Source: Macrostomum lignano (lineage: Eukaryota). From it: a stretch of 64,000 nucleotides of DNA. Where the stretch lies: the NCBI GenBank assembly GCA_002269645.1, contig NIVC01000052.1, forward strand, positions 819,258 through 883,257. Direction: 5' to 3'. Position numbers and translations under genes: made by a program. Positions 48,355 to 62,475 of the stretch are shown here, piece after piece. How positions within the stretch are numbered: the stretch's first letter is position 1; each line of letters starts with the position of its first letter. Below the pieces are notes generated by a model. It did no database searches. It had not been told where the DNA came from and saw only the letters and a list, made by a program, of their open reading frames with translations.

Positions 48355-49520
48355 ATGAGCCTTAGTCTTAGCCTTAGCCGTAGCCTTACCTTTAGCCGTA
48401 GCCTTAGCCGTAGCCTTACCTTAAGCCGTAGCCTTAGCCGTAGCCTTAACTTTAGCCGTAGCCTTACCTTTAGCCGTAGCCTTAGCCGTAGCCTTACCTT
48501 TAGCCGTAGCCTTAGCCGTAGCCTTAGCCTTAGCTTTATCCGTAGCCTTAGCCTTGGCCTTAGCCGTAGCCTTAGCCTTGCGTTAAACTTTGCCGTAGCG
48601 TTAGCCTTGCCTTAGCCTTGCCTTAGCCTTGCCTTAGCCTTGCCTTAGCCGTAGCCGTAGCCTTAGCCTTAGCCTTAGCCTTAGCCGTAGCCTTAGCCGT
48701 AGCCTTATCTTTAGCCGTAGCCTTAGCCGTAGCCTTAGCCTTAGCTTTATCCGTAGCCTTAGCCGTAGCCTTAGCCTTAGCCTTAGCCGCAGCCTTACCT
48801 TTAGCCTTAGCCTTAGCCTTAGCCGCAGCCTTACCTTTAGCCTTAGTCTTAGCCTTAGCCGCAGCCTTACCTTTAGCCTTAGTCTTAGTCTTAGCCGTAG
48901 CCTTACCTTTAGCCGTAGGCTTAGCCGTAGGCTTAGCCGTAGCCTTAGCCTTAGCCTTGCGTTAAACTTTTGCCGTAGCCTTAGCCTTGCCTTAGTCTTG
49001 CCTTAGCCTTGCCTTAGCCTTGCTTTAGCCCTAAACTTGCCTTAGCCTTGCCTTAGCCTTGCCTTAGCCTTGCCTTAGCCTTAGCCTTAGCCTTAGCCTT
49101 AGCCTTAGCCGTAGCCTTAGCCGTAGCCTTACCTTTAGCCGTAGCCTTAGCCGTAGCCTTAGCCTTAGCTTTATCCGTAGCCTTAGCCGTAGCCTTAGCC
49201 TTAGCCTTAGCCGCCGCCTTACCTTTAGCCTTAGCCTTAGCCTTAGCCGCAGCCTTACCTTTAGCCTTAGTCTTAGCCTTAGCCGCAGCCTTACCTTTAG
49301 CCTTAGTCTTAGTCTTAGCCGTAGCCTTACCTTTAGCCGTAGGCTTAGCCGTAGCCTTAGCCTTAGCCTTGCGTTAAACTTTTGCCGTAGCCTTAGCCTT
49401 GCCTTAGTCTTGCCTTAGCCTTGCCTTAGCCTTGCTTTAGCCCTAAACTTGCCTTAGCCTTGCCTTAGCCTTAGCGGTAGCTTTAACCTTAGCCCTAACC
49501 TTCACCTTAACCTTAGCCTT
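48355..49520. repeat. Hexamer satellite (TTAGCC/GTAGCC)n with a ~400-bp higher-order repeat
   Basis: The marker TTGCGTTAAACTTT occurs three times (about 48578, 48957, 49369). Confidence 0.93.
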
Positions 49521-50209
49521 GGTATTAGCTACGGTGAATTTTGATGAATCGGGGGGGGGGGGGCTAGAGGAAGCTCCGCAGTGCCAGATTAAACTCCACT
49601 CTCTGTTTTTCTCCCTGCGGGATATTTTAGAATTTCAGCGCCAATGCAGCTGGACTTTTTCCTCCCCTCCTGCCCCCCCCCCGAGTGGAAGCTCACGGCC
49701 TGCATGAGCCCGAGGAGCAATCGGACAGTTTAATCCCCGCCACAGTCCCGACTTTCTCTTCCGCCCTAAAAACTGCTCTACTCATTCTTTTTTTCCTGAA
49801 CTGCCGCAGCGCGCCCGGCTGCCATCCTGAGCTGGAGTCGACTCTCTTCTTCCGCTTGACTTTACCCTCTGCTGCTGCTGCTGCTGGCTCACCCCACTGC
49901 CTTCTCTTTCTATCTCTGGCTCTTCGTGTGTGGCTCAGTTATATTTTAATGAAATGATTCCCTGCCGGACTGAGGGACCGAATAGCTCAGGGTCTTAAGT
50001 CCCTGCCGGTCATTAATCTTTGACCCCCCAGCTCTTAGGGTCTCTCGGCCGTTTACTTCTGCTATATTATTTATTACTATTTTTCTGCATTCAATTATTT
50101 ATCGCATTCCGGCAGCTGCTGCTATCAGCGATGTGTCTGCGACCCTGTTTGGGGCGATTTTTTGTCGTTTGGCGTGTTGGACGCAGCAGCTGATATTGGC
50201 TTTAACCTG

Positions 50210-51365
50210 CTCACCCCAGATCCTCAGTTGCTGGGCCAGCCTCTCACATCCTCAGTTGCTGGGCCAGCCTCTCACATCCTCAGTTGCTAGGCCAGCCTCC
50301 CAGAGTGTCAGTTGCTGGGCCAGCTTCCCAGAGTGTCAGTTGCTGGGCCAGCCTCCCAGATCCTCAGTTGCTGGGCCAGCCTCTCACATCCTCAGTTGCT
50401 GGGCCAGCCTCTCAGATCCTCAGTTGTTAGGCCAGCCTCCCAGAGTGTCAGTTGCTGGGCCAGCTTCCCAGAGTGTCAGTTGCTGGGCCAGCCTCCCAGA
50501 TCCTCAGTTGCTGAGCCAGCCTCCCAGATTCTCAGTTGCTGAGCCAGCCTCCCAGAGTGTCAGTTGCTGAGCCAGCCTCCCAGATTCTCAGTTGCTAGGC
50601 CAGCCTCCCAGCTCCTCAGTTGCTCAGCCAGCCTCCCAGATTCTCTGTTGCTGGACCAGCCTCCCAGATTCTCAGTTGCTGAGCCAGCCTCCCAGATCCT
50701 CAGTTGCTGGGCCAGCCTCCCAGATTCTCAGTTGCTGAGCCAGCCTCCCAGATTCTCAGTTGCTGGGCCAGCCTCCCAGCTCCTCAGTTGCTGAGCCAGC
50801 CTCCCAGATTCTCAGTTGCTAGGCCAGCCTCCCAGATCCTCAGTTGCTGGGCCAGCCTCCCAGAGTGTCAGTTGCTGGGCCAGCCTCCCAGATCCTCAGT
50901 TGCTGGGCCAGCCTCCCAGATCCTCAGTTGCTGGGCCAGCCTCCCAGATCCTCAGTTGCTGGGCCAGCCTCCCAGAGTGTCAGTTGCTGGGCCAGCCTCC
51001 CAGATCCTCAGTTGCTGGGCCAGCCTCCCAGATCCTCAGTTGCTGGGCCAGCCTCCCAGATTCTCAGTTGCTGGGCCAGCCTCCCAGAGTGTCAGTTGCT
51101 GGGCCAGCCTCCCAGATCCTCAGTTGCTGAGTCAGCCTCCCAGATTCTCAGTTGCTGGGCCAGCCTCCCAGATTCTCAGTTGCTGGGCCAGCCTCCCAGA
51201 GTGTCAGTTGCTGGGCCAGCCTCCCAGATCCTCAGTTGCTGAGTCAGCCTCCCAGATTCTCAGTTGCTGAGCCAGCCTCCCAGATCCTCAGTTGCTGGGC
51301 CAGCCTCCCAGAGTGTCAGTTGCTGGGCCAGCCTCCCAGATTCTCAGTTGCTGGGCCAGCCTCTC
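50210..51365. repeat. 28-bp minisatellite (CAGTTGCTGGGCCAGCCTCCCAGATCCT)n
   Basis: Read directly. Confidence 0.95.
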
Positions 51366-52269
51366 TCCTGCGAGCCAGGATTTCGTGTTCTTCTCTTCCA
51401 CTCGTTTTTCATTATCCCCTTCTGAAGTGGAGTCCTCACTATTCAGACTTCTTGTCTAGGTTTTCAGGCAAACAAGCGTCACTATTCGGGGAAATTCTCC
51501 CCAGGGCTCCCTTTCTACTTTTCTATAAGCGGCCGCCAAAACTCCCAGTGTCGCGTCTTCTTTCTCCTCAACAGATTCAATCAAACCGCCCCCCCGTGAT
51601 GGTGGCCTCCCCGAAAGAAGCAGCCACCCAGACTCCGGTTCCCTTTACTTTCGAATGAGCGAGCGAGGAGTTGTGCTTTTCTGTCTCCGAAGTGCCTTTG
51701 CGCAGGAAGGCGGGCACTTAACAGGGCGCTTCAAGCTCTCTCTCGCCCCTGCGCCTGCGGACACTTCCTCCTGTGTTTTGCCTCGCCTGTCGGCTGCGAA
51801 ATTCCGACAGCCCTCTTCTCCTCAAGCTACTGGCTACTCACTTGTTCTTCATCCGCTCCTCCTTCATCATTTGGGGCTCCCCGTCTCTCGTTGCCTCCCT
51901 TTCTGTTCCCCTTGCCGCTGTCTTGCTCACATGTTCTCAGCCACCTCATCTCCGGGCAGTCAGTGTGACGAACAAGGGGGAGCATTTAATTCCCTGTTTT
52001 AGCCTTCGAGTGGCTCCTGTGTTCCTTGCTTCTCTCTGTGTGTCTTCTCCGTGCCCGCCTGTGCCGCTCTGCTATTTAAAAGTTGCCAAGTGTTTTCTGG
52101 CAAAAGTTGAGTCTCTGCTCAGCCGCCAAGACCGTGACTTGTCACCGGGGGGCTCCTCTATGGAGGCTGGCGCCGAACTGCTTGAATGGTCGCGCGACCG
52201 CCTGCTGAGACAGCCTTCCGCTTCTGCCGCCTGCTGCGGCGGAGATGGTCGCTGCACTGGGACCAGCTG

Positions 52270-53450
52270 GTGAGTGACTGGCCGGAGTGACTGGCCGGAG
52301 TGACTAAACTGGGTGACTAGATCAGTGATAGTTGAGTGATACAATTCATTTATAGTTAAATGACTGGCTGGAGTGAATAGCACAGTGACTAGATGAGTGA
52401 TTAGATGAGTGATTAGATAAGTGACTAGATGAGTGACTAGATAAGTGACTAGATAAGTCACTAGATCAACGACTAGATCAATGACTAGATCAATGACTAG
52501 ATCAATGACTAGATCAGTGACTAGATCAATGGCTAGATCAATGACTAGATCAATGACTAGATAAGTGACTAGATCAATGAATAGATCAATGACTAGATCA
52601 ATGACTAGATCAATGACTAGATCAATGACTAGATAAATGACTAGATCAATGACTAGATAAATGACTAGATAAGTTACTAGATCAGTGACTAGATCAATGA
52701 CTAGATCAATGAATAGATCAATTACTAGATCAATGACTAGATAAATGACTAAATAAGTGACTAGATAAGTGACTAGATCAGTGACTAGATCAGTGACTAT
52801 ATCAGTGACTAGATCAGTGACTAGATCAGTGACTATATCAGTGACTAGATCAGTGACTAGATCAGTGACTAAATAAGTGACTAGACGAGTGACTAGATCA
52901 GTGACTAGATCAGTGACTAGATCAGTGACTAGATCAATGACTAGATAAGTGACTAGATCAGTGACTAGATCAGTGACTAGATCAGTGACTAGATCAGTGA
53001 CTAAATAAGTGACTAGACGAGTGACTAAATAAGTGACTAGATGAGTGACTAAATAAGTGACTAGACGAGTGACTAAATAGGTGACTAGATGAGTGACTAA
53101 ATAAGTGACTAGACGAGTGACTAAATAAGTGACTAGATGAGTGACTAAATAAGTGACTAGACGAGTGACTAAATAAGTGACTAGATGAGTGACTAAATAA
53201 GTGACTAGACGAGTGACTAGACGAGTGACTAGATGAGTGACTAAATAAGTGACTAGACGAGTGACTAGATGAGTGACTAAATAAGTGACTAGACGAGTGA
53301 CTAGATGAGTGACTAAATAAGTGACTAGACAAGTGACTAGATGAGTGACTAAATAAGTGACTAGACGAGTGACTAGATGAGTGACTAAATAAGTGACTAG
53401 ATGAGTGACTAAATAAGTGACTAGACGAGCGACTAGATGAGTGACTAGCC
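52270..53450. repeat. 12-bp minisatellite (GACTAGATCAGT and variants)
   Basis: Read directly, with position-dependent variant zones. Confidence 0.93.
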
Positions 53451-53914
53451 AAGGAACAGGAAAAATAAGCCGAGTAAGCGCGGCACAGACTGCCGGAAGA
53501 CCCGGTTGGCTGTCAATTTTGGAAAGAAGCAAAAAATGGGGACAGGCAAAAAAGCGGGATTATTCATCCAGAAGCGATGAGAAGAGGACAGACTCTCGTC
53601 ACCCCTTATTCTGCCGTCCCAGTGGATTGCATATTTTTGGTTTCTGTGAGGCCGTGTCAGCAGGGCCGGATGGGGATTTAAAAAAGACACACGGTGCCAG
53701 TGGATAGCGGCTGTGTTTCTCCTCACTTGCCCAGAGGAGCAAATCGAATCAAGCATAGCTGATTGGGATTGCAATCATAGGGACCCGGTTTTTGATTGGA
53801 ATTAATGATGCAGGCTGTCCCTAACTCTGAGCGCGATGCCTCCGTGTCTGCGGACAACTTCCGCATTGCACACTCCCTCTCTTCTCTGAGTCTTGCTCTG
53901 TTGCTACCCCTATC

Positions 53915-55290
53915 TGATCTCTGCGCCTTATGCTATGCCTCTGCCTGTTCCTGATCCTTATCTCCCTTTATCTGATCCTTATCTCCCAATATCTGATCTT
54001 TATCTCCCTTTATCTGATCCTTATCTCCCAATGTCTGATCCTTATCTCCCAATATCTGATCCTTATCTCCCAATATCTGATCCTTATCTCCCAATATCTG
54101 ATCCTTAACTCCTAATATCTGATCCTCTTATCTACCCAATATCTGATCCTCTTATCTCCCAATATCTGATCCTCTTATCTCCCAATATCTGATCCTTATC
54201 TCCCTTTATCTGATCCTTATCTCCCTTTATCTGATCCTTATCTACCCAATATCTGATCCTCTTATCTACTCAATATCTGATCCTTATCTCCCTTTATCTG
54301 ATCCTTATCTACCCAATATCTGATCCTCTTATCTACTCAATATCTGATCCTTATCTCCCTTTATCTGATCCTTATCTCCCTTTATCTGATCCTTATCTCC
54401 CTATATCTGATCCTTATTTCCCAATATCTGATCCTTATCTCCCAATATCTGATCCTTATTTCCCAATATCTGATCCTTATCTCCCTATATCTGATCCTTA
54501 TCTCCCTATATCTGATCCTTATCTACCCAATATCTGATCCTTATCTCCCTTTATCTGATCCTTATCTCCCTTTATCTGATCCTTATCTCCCTATATCTGA
54601 TCCTCTTATCTCCCTATATCTGATCCTCTTATCTTCCAATATCTGATCCTTATCTCCCTTTATCTGATCCTTATCTCTCTTTATCTGATCCTTATCTACC
54701 CAATATCTGATCCTCTTATCTACCCAATATCTGATCCTCTTATCTCCCAATATCTGATCCTCTTATCTACCCAATATCTGATCCTCTTATCTCCCAATAT
54801 CTGATCCTCTTATCTACCCAATATCTGATCCTCTTATCTCCCAATATCTGATCCTTAACTCCTAATATCTGATCCTCTTATCTACCCAATATCTGATCCT
54901 CTTATCTCCCAATATCTGATCCTTAACTCCTAATATCTGATCCTCTTATCTCCCAATATCTGATCCTCTTATCTACTCAATATCTGATCCTTTTATCTCC
55001 CAATATCTGATCCTTATGTCCCTATATCTGATCCTTATCTACCCAATATCTGATCCTTATCTACCTAATATCTGATCCTCTTATCTCCTAATATCTGATC
55101 CTTAACTCCTAATATCTGATCCTCTTATCTACCCAATATCTGATCCTCTTATCTCCCAATATCTGATCCTCTTATCTACTCAATATCTGATCCTCTTATC
55201 TACCCAATATCTGATCCTTTTATCTCCCAATATCTGATCCTTATCTCCTAATATCTGATCCTTATCTCCCAATATCTGACCCTTATCTAA
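53915..55290. repeat. 21/23-bp minisatellite (TATCTGATCCTTATCTCCCAA)n
   Basis: Read directly. Confidence 0.93.
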
Positions 55291-55934
55291 CAATGTCTGG
55301 TGAGTCTCAGTCTCACTTACTCTTTCCTTTGTGCGTCTTTCCCGCCCAATGTCACTCCTGCACTCAAATATCTCTCAAAAGAATACCTTTTTCCAAAATG
55401 TCCGTGTACTTTTATTTATCTCATCCCTGACATCGATTCGGGAGGCTTCCCATTCTTTGCGCCTCCCTCCCTCTGTGGGGGCAACAATGCCAAAGCAATG
55501 CCCGTCCCCCGAGGCGTCAGAAGGCTGAATGGATTGGCTGGCTCTGTCACTCCTACCTCGGCTGGCCTGACTTTGACCGAAGCTAAGCGAGTAGCATTGT
55601 GAGTGACAGCAGGACACAATGGGAGACTGGCCGCAAACGATGAGAGGCAGTGAGAGACGGGACAGAGTTCTCTTCTGTTTTGTTCTAAGTCTTGTCAATC
55701 GATGTGAGTTCACTGTCCCTCTCCAGAGGAATGACTTTTTACAATAAAAATCCTTTCTTTCCTGCGCGCATCAGTGTCAGTGGCAGATGTCCGGCTGATG
55801 TTTGCTGAGCACTTGTGTCTTTTTATATTCTTGTCTGGCGCATTGGGAAAATCTGTGCCGCCCTGCTGAGCACCCGTGCCCTTCTCCACTGGATGAGTGT
55901 TTGGGGAGACGCTGTCAGAGAGAGGGAAGGAGGG

Positions 55935-56160
55935 ATCATATAGGGGGATCATAGAGGGGAATTAATAAAAGGGGATCATAAATGGGATCATAAAGAGGGA
56001 CATCGCAGAGAGGGAGGTCATAGAGAGGGAGGTCATAGAATGCGAGGTCATAGAGTGAGAAGTCATAGAGTGGGAGGTCATAGAGATGGAGGTCATAGAG
56101 TGGGACGTCATAGAGTGGGAAGTCATAGAGAGGAGTCATAGAGAGTGGAGATCATATCAG
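55935..56160. repeat. 15-bp degenerate repeat (GTCATAGAGAGGGAG)
   Basis: Read directly. Confidence 0.8.
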
Positions 56161-56824
56161 AGAGAAGATTAGAGAGGGGAGATCAGTGAAAATGAGACTG
56201 GGATCAAGCAGAATGTAAATGGCAAAGCTAATGAGAGAATTCAGGTGAGGATTAAGGCTAAGGCTAAGCAGATAGGGCGGGGGAGGGTTGAGAGTATCGC
56301 GGAGAGCGGCCAGACTCGGGCAGTCCGGGGGCATGGGACCCGGGAGGGGGGCAGTACGCGCGAGGCTTAGAGACCCTTCTGCCCCCTCCCGCAATGCCTT
56401 CCCGGATGCGGAGAGCCCCATGGCGACATGGCTTCATAGTCAGGCGCTATTATTTTGCCCTGCAAGTCGGCGGCGAGGGTGGCTTGAGCTTGAAGTCTCT
56501 CGCTTTCCTCTCTTTCTCTCTCTGTGTTTGCAAATTTCATGGATATTGCCGCTTTTAGACCTGCTGGCTAAACTGCCGCACGAGCGGTCTCAAATCCCCC
56601 CCCCTATCGGTTTGTAATCTTTGCTTGGCTTTGCCGCCACCTATTTTTACATTGAGGCAACGATTTGAGGGATTAAGCTGGCGGTGTGGTTGAAATTTGA
56701 GAAATAGAAGATGAAGAGCTGCCCAGCTGTGTCTCAGCTGCCAGGTTGCGCTGGCCTCTGCGCGCTCGTTTTTACTCTGATTTTTATTTCCTGTCTGCTT
56801 TTTTGATGGCTTATCTCTAGGCGA

Positions 56825-57035
56825 AGATTCCGCCCTCCTTCCGCCCTCCTTCCGCCCTCCTTCCACCCTCCTTCCGCCCTCCTTCCACTCTCCTCCGCTC
56901 TCCTTCCGCCCTCCTTCCGCTCTCCTTCCGCTCTCCTTCCGCCCTCCTTCCGCTCTCCTTCCGCCCTCCTTCCGCCTCCTTCCGCTCTCCTTCCGCTTTC
57001 CTTCCGCTCTCCTTCCGCCCTCCTTCCGCCTCCCA
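56825..57035. repeat. 11-bp repeat (CTTCCGCCCTC)n
   Basis: Read directly. Confidence 0.88.
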
Positions 57036-57662
57036 ACCATACCAATGAGAAATAGTTTGGTAGTCCGCTCCATCCTCGTTCCGCCCTTTCCGCCCTTGAT
57101 CCGCCCCTCCACCTTTTTCTGCCCGCCTTCTCCGCGGCCATTTTTAAACCTTCGGGCCAGTCTGTACAATTAAAATAATCAATTTTTCCTCCTCAATATT
57201 CACGTGATGTTACCTGCACTAAACAAGTTGATTTTGTTCCAACGATCAGAGTTTATCGCCAGCCTCTGCGCCCCCCTTGTGCGACATTCCAGGACTATTT
57301 CGCCAGATTAGGCGAAGTTCTCTCAGCCGAAGAATTCGAGTCTGTCGCCATTGACACAATCCGAGAACTGCTCAAATGCGTGAGTAGCCTGTTTGTTTTG
57401 CATCGCAGCGTCGGAGTGGGCAGATAATTTACCTACCTGTGGCCTCAGAGACAAGCTGTGCCTGTTTTTCCACTGAAAATTACCTGCCACTGAGCTGCGG
57501 CAGTGGGTGGTCCGCCGCCTCTGCACTGCTGCTTCTGTTAGGCAGCTGTTTGTCCATTTTTTCTCTGCTTTGTCTCTGTTTGCCTGCTGAGCTGGGCGGC
57601 GAGTTAATGAGCCCTGCGAGCTGCCAAGTTCTCAGCTTTCTACTTGCTCCTGACTTGCTTTA

Positions 57663-58200
<538 letters not shown>

Positions 58201-58659
58201 CTCTCCCTGTCTCTTCTTTTTTCCTGTCCCTTTCCAGATGTCCCATGTCTCTCAAACCCCCGTCTATCTTCCTGACCCACCTTATTGCCGCCCAGCCCAT
58301 CCTGCGCATAAAAAGTTCAGTGCATTCCCTCAGGTCCTTCCCTCTGCCTGGCACTGACTGTGGAATCAATTTATTTATCCAATAATTCACTAATTTCAAG
58401 CCGGGCCGAGTCTCCCGGTTCCAATTCCAGAGCTATGCGGAATGAAAAAATCGAAGCTGCTCTCAGTTCAGCTGGAGCAGAAAAACTCGGGAGAGCCCTA
58501 AAAGACTGGCACGGGCTCAAAGCAAAGGAAATGAGTGAAGCTTCTTGCTAGCCTTTCGAAGGAGACGGATTTTTAAAAAGGCTTCAACGCCCCTCTTTTT
58601 GGTTCGAAGGGCTGAGAATATTCGATTATTAGATATGGCAATTCAAGGTGTAGTCAGCC

Positions 58660-59135
58660 ATAGACTTCTAGAGCTAAGCATCTGGATGGGGAAGCTCGCT
58701 AGCCGCCATGGACCTCTAGAGTTGAACATCTGGATGGGAAAGCTCGCTATAGCCGCCATGGATTTCTAAGAGTTAAGATCTGGGTGGAGAAACTCTTTAG
58801 GCGCCATGAATTTCTAGAGCTAACATCTAGATGGGGAAGCTCGCTAGCCGCCATGGACTTCTAGAGTTGAACATCTGGATGTCGAAGCTCGCTAGCCGCC
58901 ATGGACTTCTAGAGTTGAACATCTGGATGGGGAAGCTCGCTAACCGCCATGGACCTCTAGAGTTGAACATCTGGATGGGGAAGCTCGCTATAGCCGCCAT
59001 GGATTTCTAAGAGTTAAGATCTGGGTGGAGAAACTCTTTAGGCGCCATGGATTTCTAGAGCTAACATCTAGATGGGGAAGCTCGCTTAGCCGCCATGGAC
59101 TTCTAGAGTTGAACATCTGGATGGGGAAACTCACC
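58660..59135. repeat. ~48-bp minisatellite with a 5-monomer (241-bp) higher-order repeat
   Basis: The variant GATCTGGGTGGAGAAACTC occurs at about 58778 and 59019. Confidence 0.9.
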
Positions 59136-59444
59136 TACTGTTGTATTGAAAGCCAATAGGGCTTCCTGTCTGTCTGTTGCCCGTCCTTCTACATCACCTC
59201 AGTTCCCCTAATTGAGCGCAGATGAAGCAGCTAGGCAGCTAGTCTGTCTCTGGCTGCCTGATGAAGCTGGAATGAAGCTGGGTCTCTGGGTAAAAAGATT
59301 GGTTGAGAAAATTGCTTTCTCGGAAAGTGAAAATTCGCGTGCTGTTTGGGCTTGCGTTGCTTCCATTGATTTTTTGTGTCGGCGCTAGCTTGCCTGCTTG
59401 CTGATGAGTTTTAGCGCCATGTGGCAAGCTGAACTCACACTCCC

Positions 59445-61030
59445 GCACCTCATTCACTGCCTCATTCACTGCCTCATTCACAGTCTCATTCACTGTCTCG
59501 TTCACTGTGTCATTAACTGTGTCATTCACTGCCTCATTCACTATCTCATTCACAGTCTCATTCACAGCTTCATTCACTGTCCCATTCACTGCCTCATTCA
59601 CTGTCTCATTCACAGTCTCATTCACTGTCTCATTCACAGTCTCGTTCACTGCGTCATTCACTGTCTCATTCACAGTCTCGTTCACTGCGTCATCCACTGT
59701 CTCATTCACAGTCTCTTTCACTGTCTCATTCACAGCTTTATTCACTGTCCCATTCACTGCCTCATTCACTGTCTCATTCACAGTCTCATTCACAGCTTTA
59801 TTCACTGTCCCATTCACTGTCTCATTCACTGTCTCATTCACAGTCTCATTCACAGCTTTATTCACTGTCCCATTCACTGTCTCATTCACTGTCTCATTCA
59901 CTGTCCCATTCACTGTCTCATTCACTGTCTCATTCACAGTCTCGTTCACTGCGTCATTCACTGTCTCATTCACAGTCTCGTTCACTGCGTCATTCACTGT
60001 CTCATTCACAGTCTCGTTCACTGCGTCATTCACTGTCTCATTCACAGTCTCGTTCACTGCGTCATTCACTGTCTCATTCACAGTCTCTTTCACTGTCTCA
60101 TTCACAGCTTCATTCACTGTCCCATTCACTGCCTCATTCACTGTCTCATTCACAGTCTCATTCACAGCTTTATTCACTGTCCCATTCACTGTCTCATTCA
60201 CTGTCTCATTCACAGTCTCATTCACAGCTTTATTCACTGTCCCATTCACTGTCTCATTCACTGTCTCATTCACTGTCCCATTCACTGTCTCATTCACTGT
60301 CTCATTCACTGTCCCATTCACTGTCTCATTCACTGTCTCATTCACAGTCTCGTTCACTGCGTCATTCACTGTCTCATTCACAGTCTCGTTCACTGTCTCA
60401 TTCACAGTCTCATTCACTGCCTCATTCACAGTCTCATTCACAGCCTCATTCACTGCCTCATTCACTGCCTCATTCACTGTCTCATTCACAGTCTCATTCA
60501 CAGTCTCATTCACAGTCTCATTTACTGCCTCATTCACTGTCTCATTCACAGTCTCATTCACAGCTTCATTCACAGTCCCATTCACTGCCTCATTCACTCT
60601 CATTCACTGCCTCATTCACTCTCATTCATTGTCTCGTTCACTGTGTCATTAACTGTGTCATTCACTGCCTCATTCACTATCTCATTCACAGTCTCATTCA
60701 CAGCTTCATTCACTGTCCCATTCACTGCCTCATTCACTGTCTCATTCACAGTCTCATTCACAGCTTTATTCACTGTCCCATTCACTGTCTCATTCACTGC
60801 CTCATTCACTGTCTCGTTCACTGCCTCATTCACTGCCTCATTCACTGCCTCATTCACTGCCTCATTCACTGTCCCATTACTGTGTAATACACCGTCTCAT
60901 TCACTGTGTCATTCACTGTTTCCTTCAAAGTCTCATTCACCGCCTCATTAACTTCCTCATTCACTGTCTCATTTACTCTCATTCACTGTCATTCACTGTC
61001 TCATTCACTGCATCATTCACTCTCATTCAC
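59445..61030. repeat. 12-bp minisatellite (TCATTCACTGTC)n with internal block duplications
   Basis: Read directly. A diagnostic block recurs at about 59497 and 60633. Confidence 0.95.
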
Positions 61031-61419
61031 CGTCACAAATTTCAAAAGGGAGTTATGCATTACGATACAAAGTATTCAGTCTAAGCATTTGATAAAAAAT
61101 TGCATGTCAAAAATTGATTGGACACTGGAGAGATGCGTTGGTATTCGTGCCGTCCGAAGTCCCTGGGAGATCATCTAAGGCGCTGTTCTCATTAGTTCAG
61201 CCTATTCAGCCAAGCTGATTCCACTCCTCCCATGCTACGGTTGAGATTGTTGCTGTTTATGGTTTTTAAAGTGCGAATTTCTGTGTCTGGCTGGCATTAT
61301 CTTTTAATCCCTGACTCCCTGAATCCTGCAGATTCCTATTTTTAATTATTATCACCAATTTTATAAACTGCAGAACATACATGTGTAAAATTAAAGCTTA
61401 TTGATAGCAGCTGAGGTGT

Positions 61420-61810
61420 GAATGTCAGTGGTTGGGGTGTTGAATGCCTGTGTCTGGGGTGTGAATGACTGTGGCTGGGGTGTGAATGACTATGGGGTGT
61501 GACTGACTGTCGCTGGGTGTGAATAACTGTAGCTAGGGTGTGAATGACTGTGGCTGGGGTGAATGACTGTGTCTGGTGTGTGAATGACTGTGGCTGGGTG
61601 TGAATGACTGTGTCTGGTGTGTGAATGACTGTGGCTGGGGTGTGAATGACTGTGGCTGGGTGTGAATGACTGTGGCTGGGTGTGAATGGCTGTGGCTGGT
61701 GTGTGAATGGCTGTGATTGGGTGTGAATGGCTGTGGCTGGGTATGAATGGATGTGGCTGGGTATGAATGGCTGTGACTGGGTGTGAATGACTGGGGCTGG
61801 TGTGTGAATG
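61420..61810. repeat. ~20-bp minisatellite (GTGTGAATGACTGTGGCTGG)n
   Basis: Read directly. Confidence 0.9.
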
Positions 61811-61917
61811 ACATTGGCTGGGCTCGGATATAGGGCCAACTGGGATCAGACCCCAGCATAAAAAATTGCGTCATATAAAACTTTCCAACCTTCTGGCAGC
61901 ACTCGGTTCGCCTGCAG

Positions 61918-62009
61918 TTCAACGAGGCCTCCCCATTGTCGAGCTGGCGTCAGCAGCAGGCGGGCGAGCAGCAGAAGGCGCTGACCTTCCAGTGCTCCGG
62001 CTATGCCAG
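61918..62009 (+). CDS. Putative isolated internal exon of an unidentified gene
   Basis: GC-rich 92-nt island with cctgcag| acceptor and CCAG|gtgagg donor. Two frames are open (FNEASPLSSWRQQQAGEQQKALTFQCSGYA or QRGLPIVELASAAGGRAAEGADLPVLRLCQ). Confidence 0.4.
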
Positions 62010-62089
62010 GTGAGGCGGACAGGGAGCTGATGCGGGTGTCTTCTGCTTCTGGCTTGCTGTTAGTGCTTTTGTGTACTTTTATTGGCTAT

Positions 62090-62475
62090 TGTGTCTAATG
62101 TGCATTCAATATTGTGTCTAATGTGCATTCAATATTGTGTCTAATGTGCATTCAATATTGTGTCTAATGTGCATTCAATATTGTGTCTAATGTGCATTCA
62201 ACATCGTGTCTAATGTGCATTCAATATTGTGTCTAATGTGAATTCAATATTGTGTCTAATGTGCATTCAATATTGTGTCTAATGTGCATTCAATATTGTG
62301 TCTAATGTGCATTCAATATTGTGTCTAATGTGCATTCAATATTGTGTCTAATGTGCATTCAATATTGTGTCTAATTTGCATTCAATATTGTGTCTAATGT
62401 GCATTCAATATTGTGTCTAATGTGCATTCAATATTGTGTCTAATTTGCATTCAATATTGTGTCTAATGTGCATTC
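62090..62475. repeat. 23-bp minisatellite (ATTGTGTCTAATGTGCATTCAAT)n
   Basis: Read directly. Confidence 0.95.

Noticed and set aside
52072-53532. 486-aa LVT-repeat ORF
   Set aside because: Translation of a stop-free 12-bp array with no supporting gene structure.
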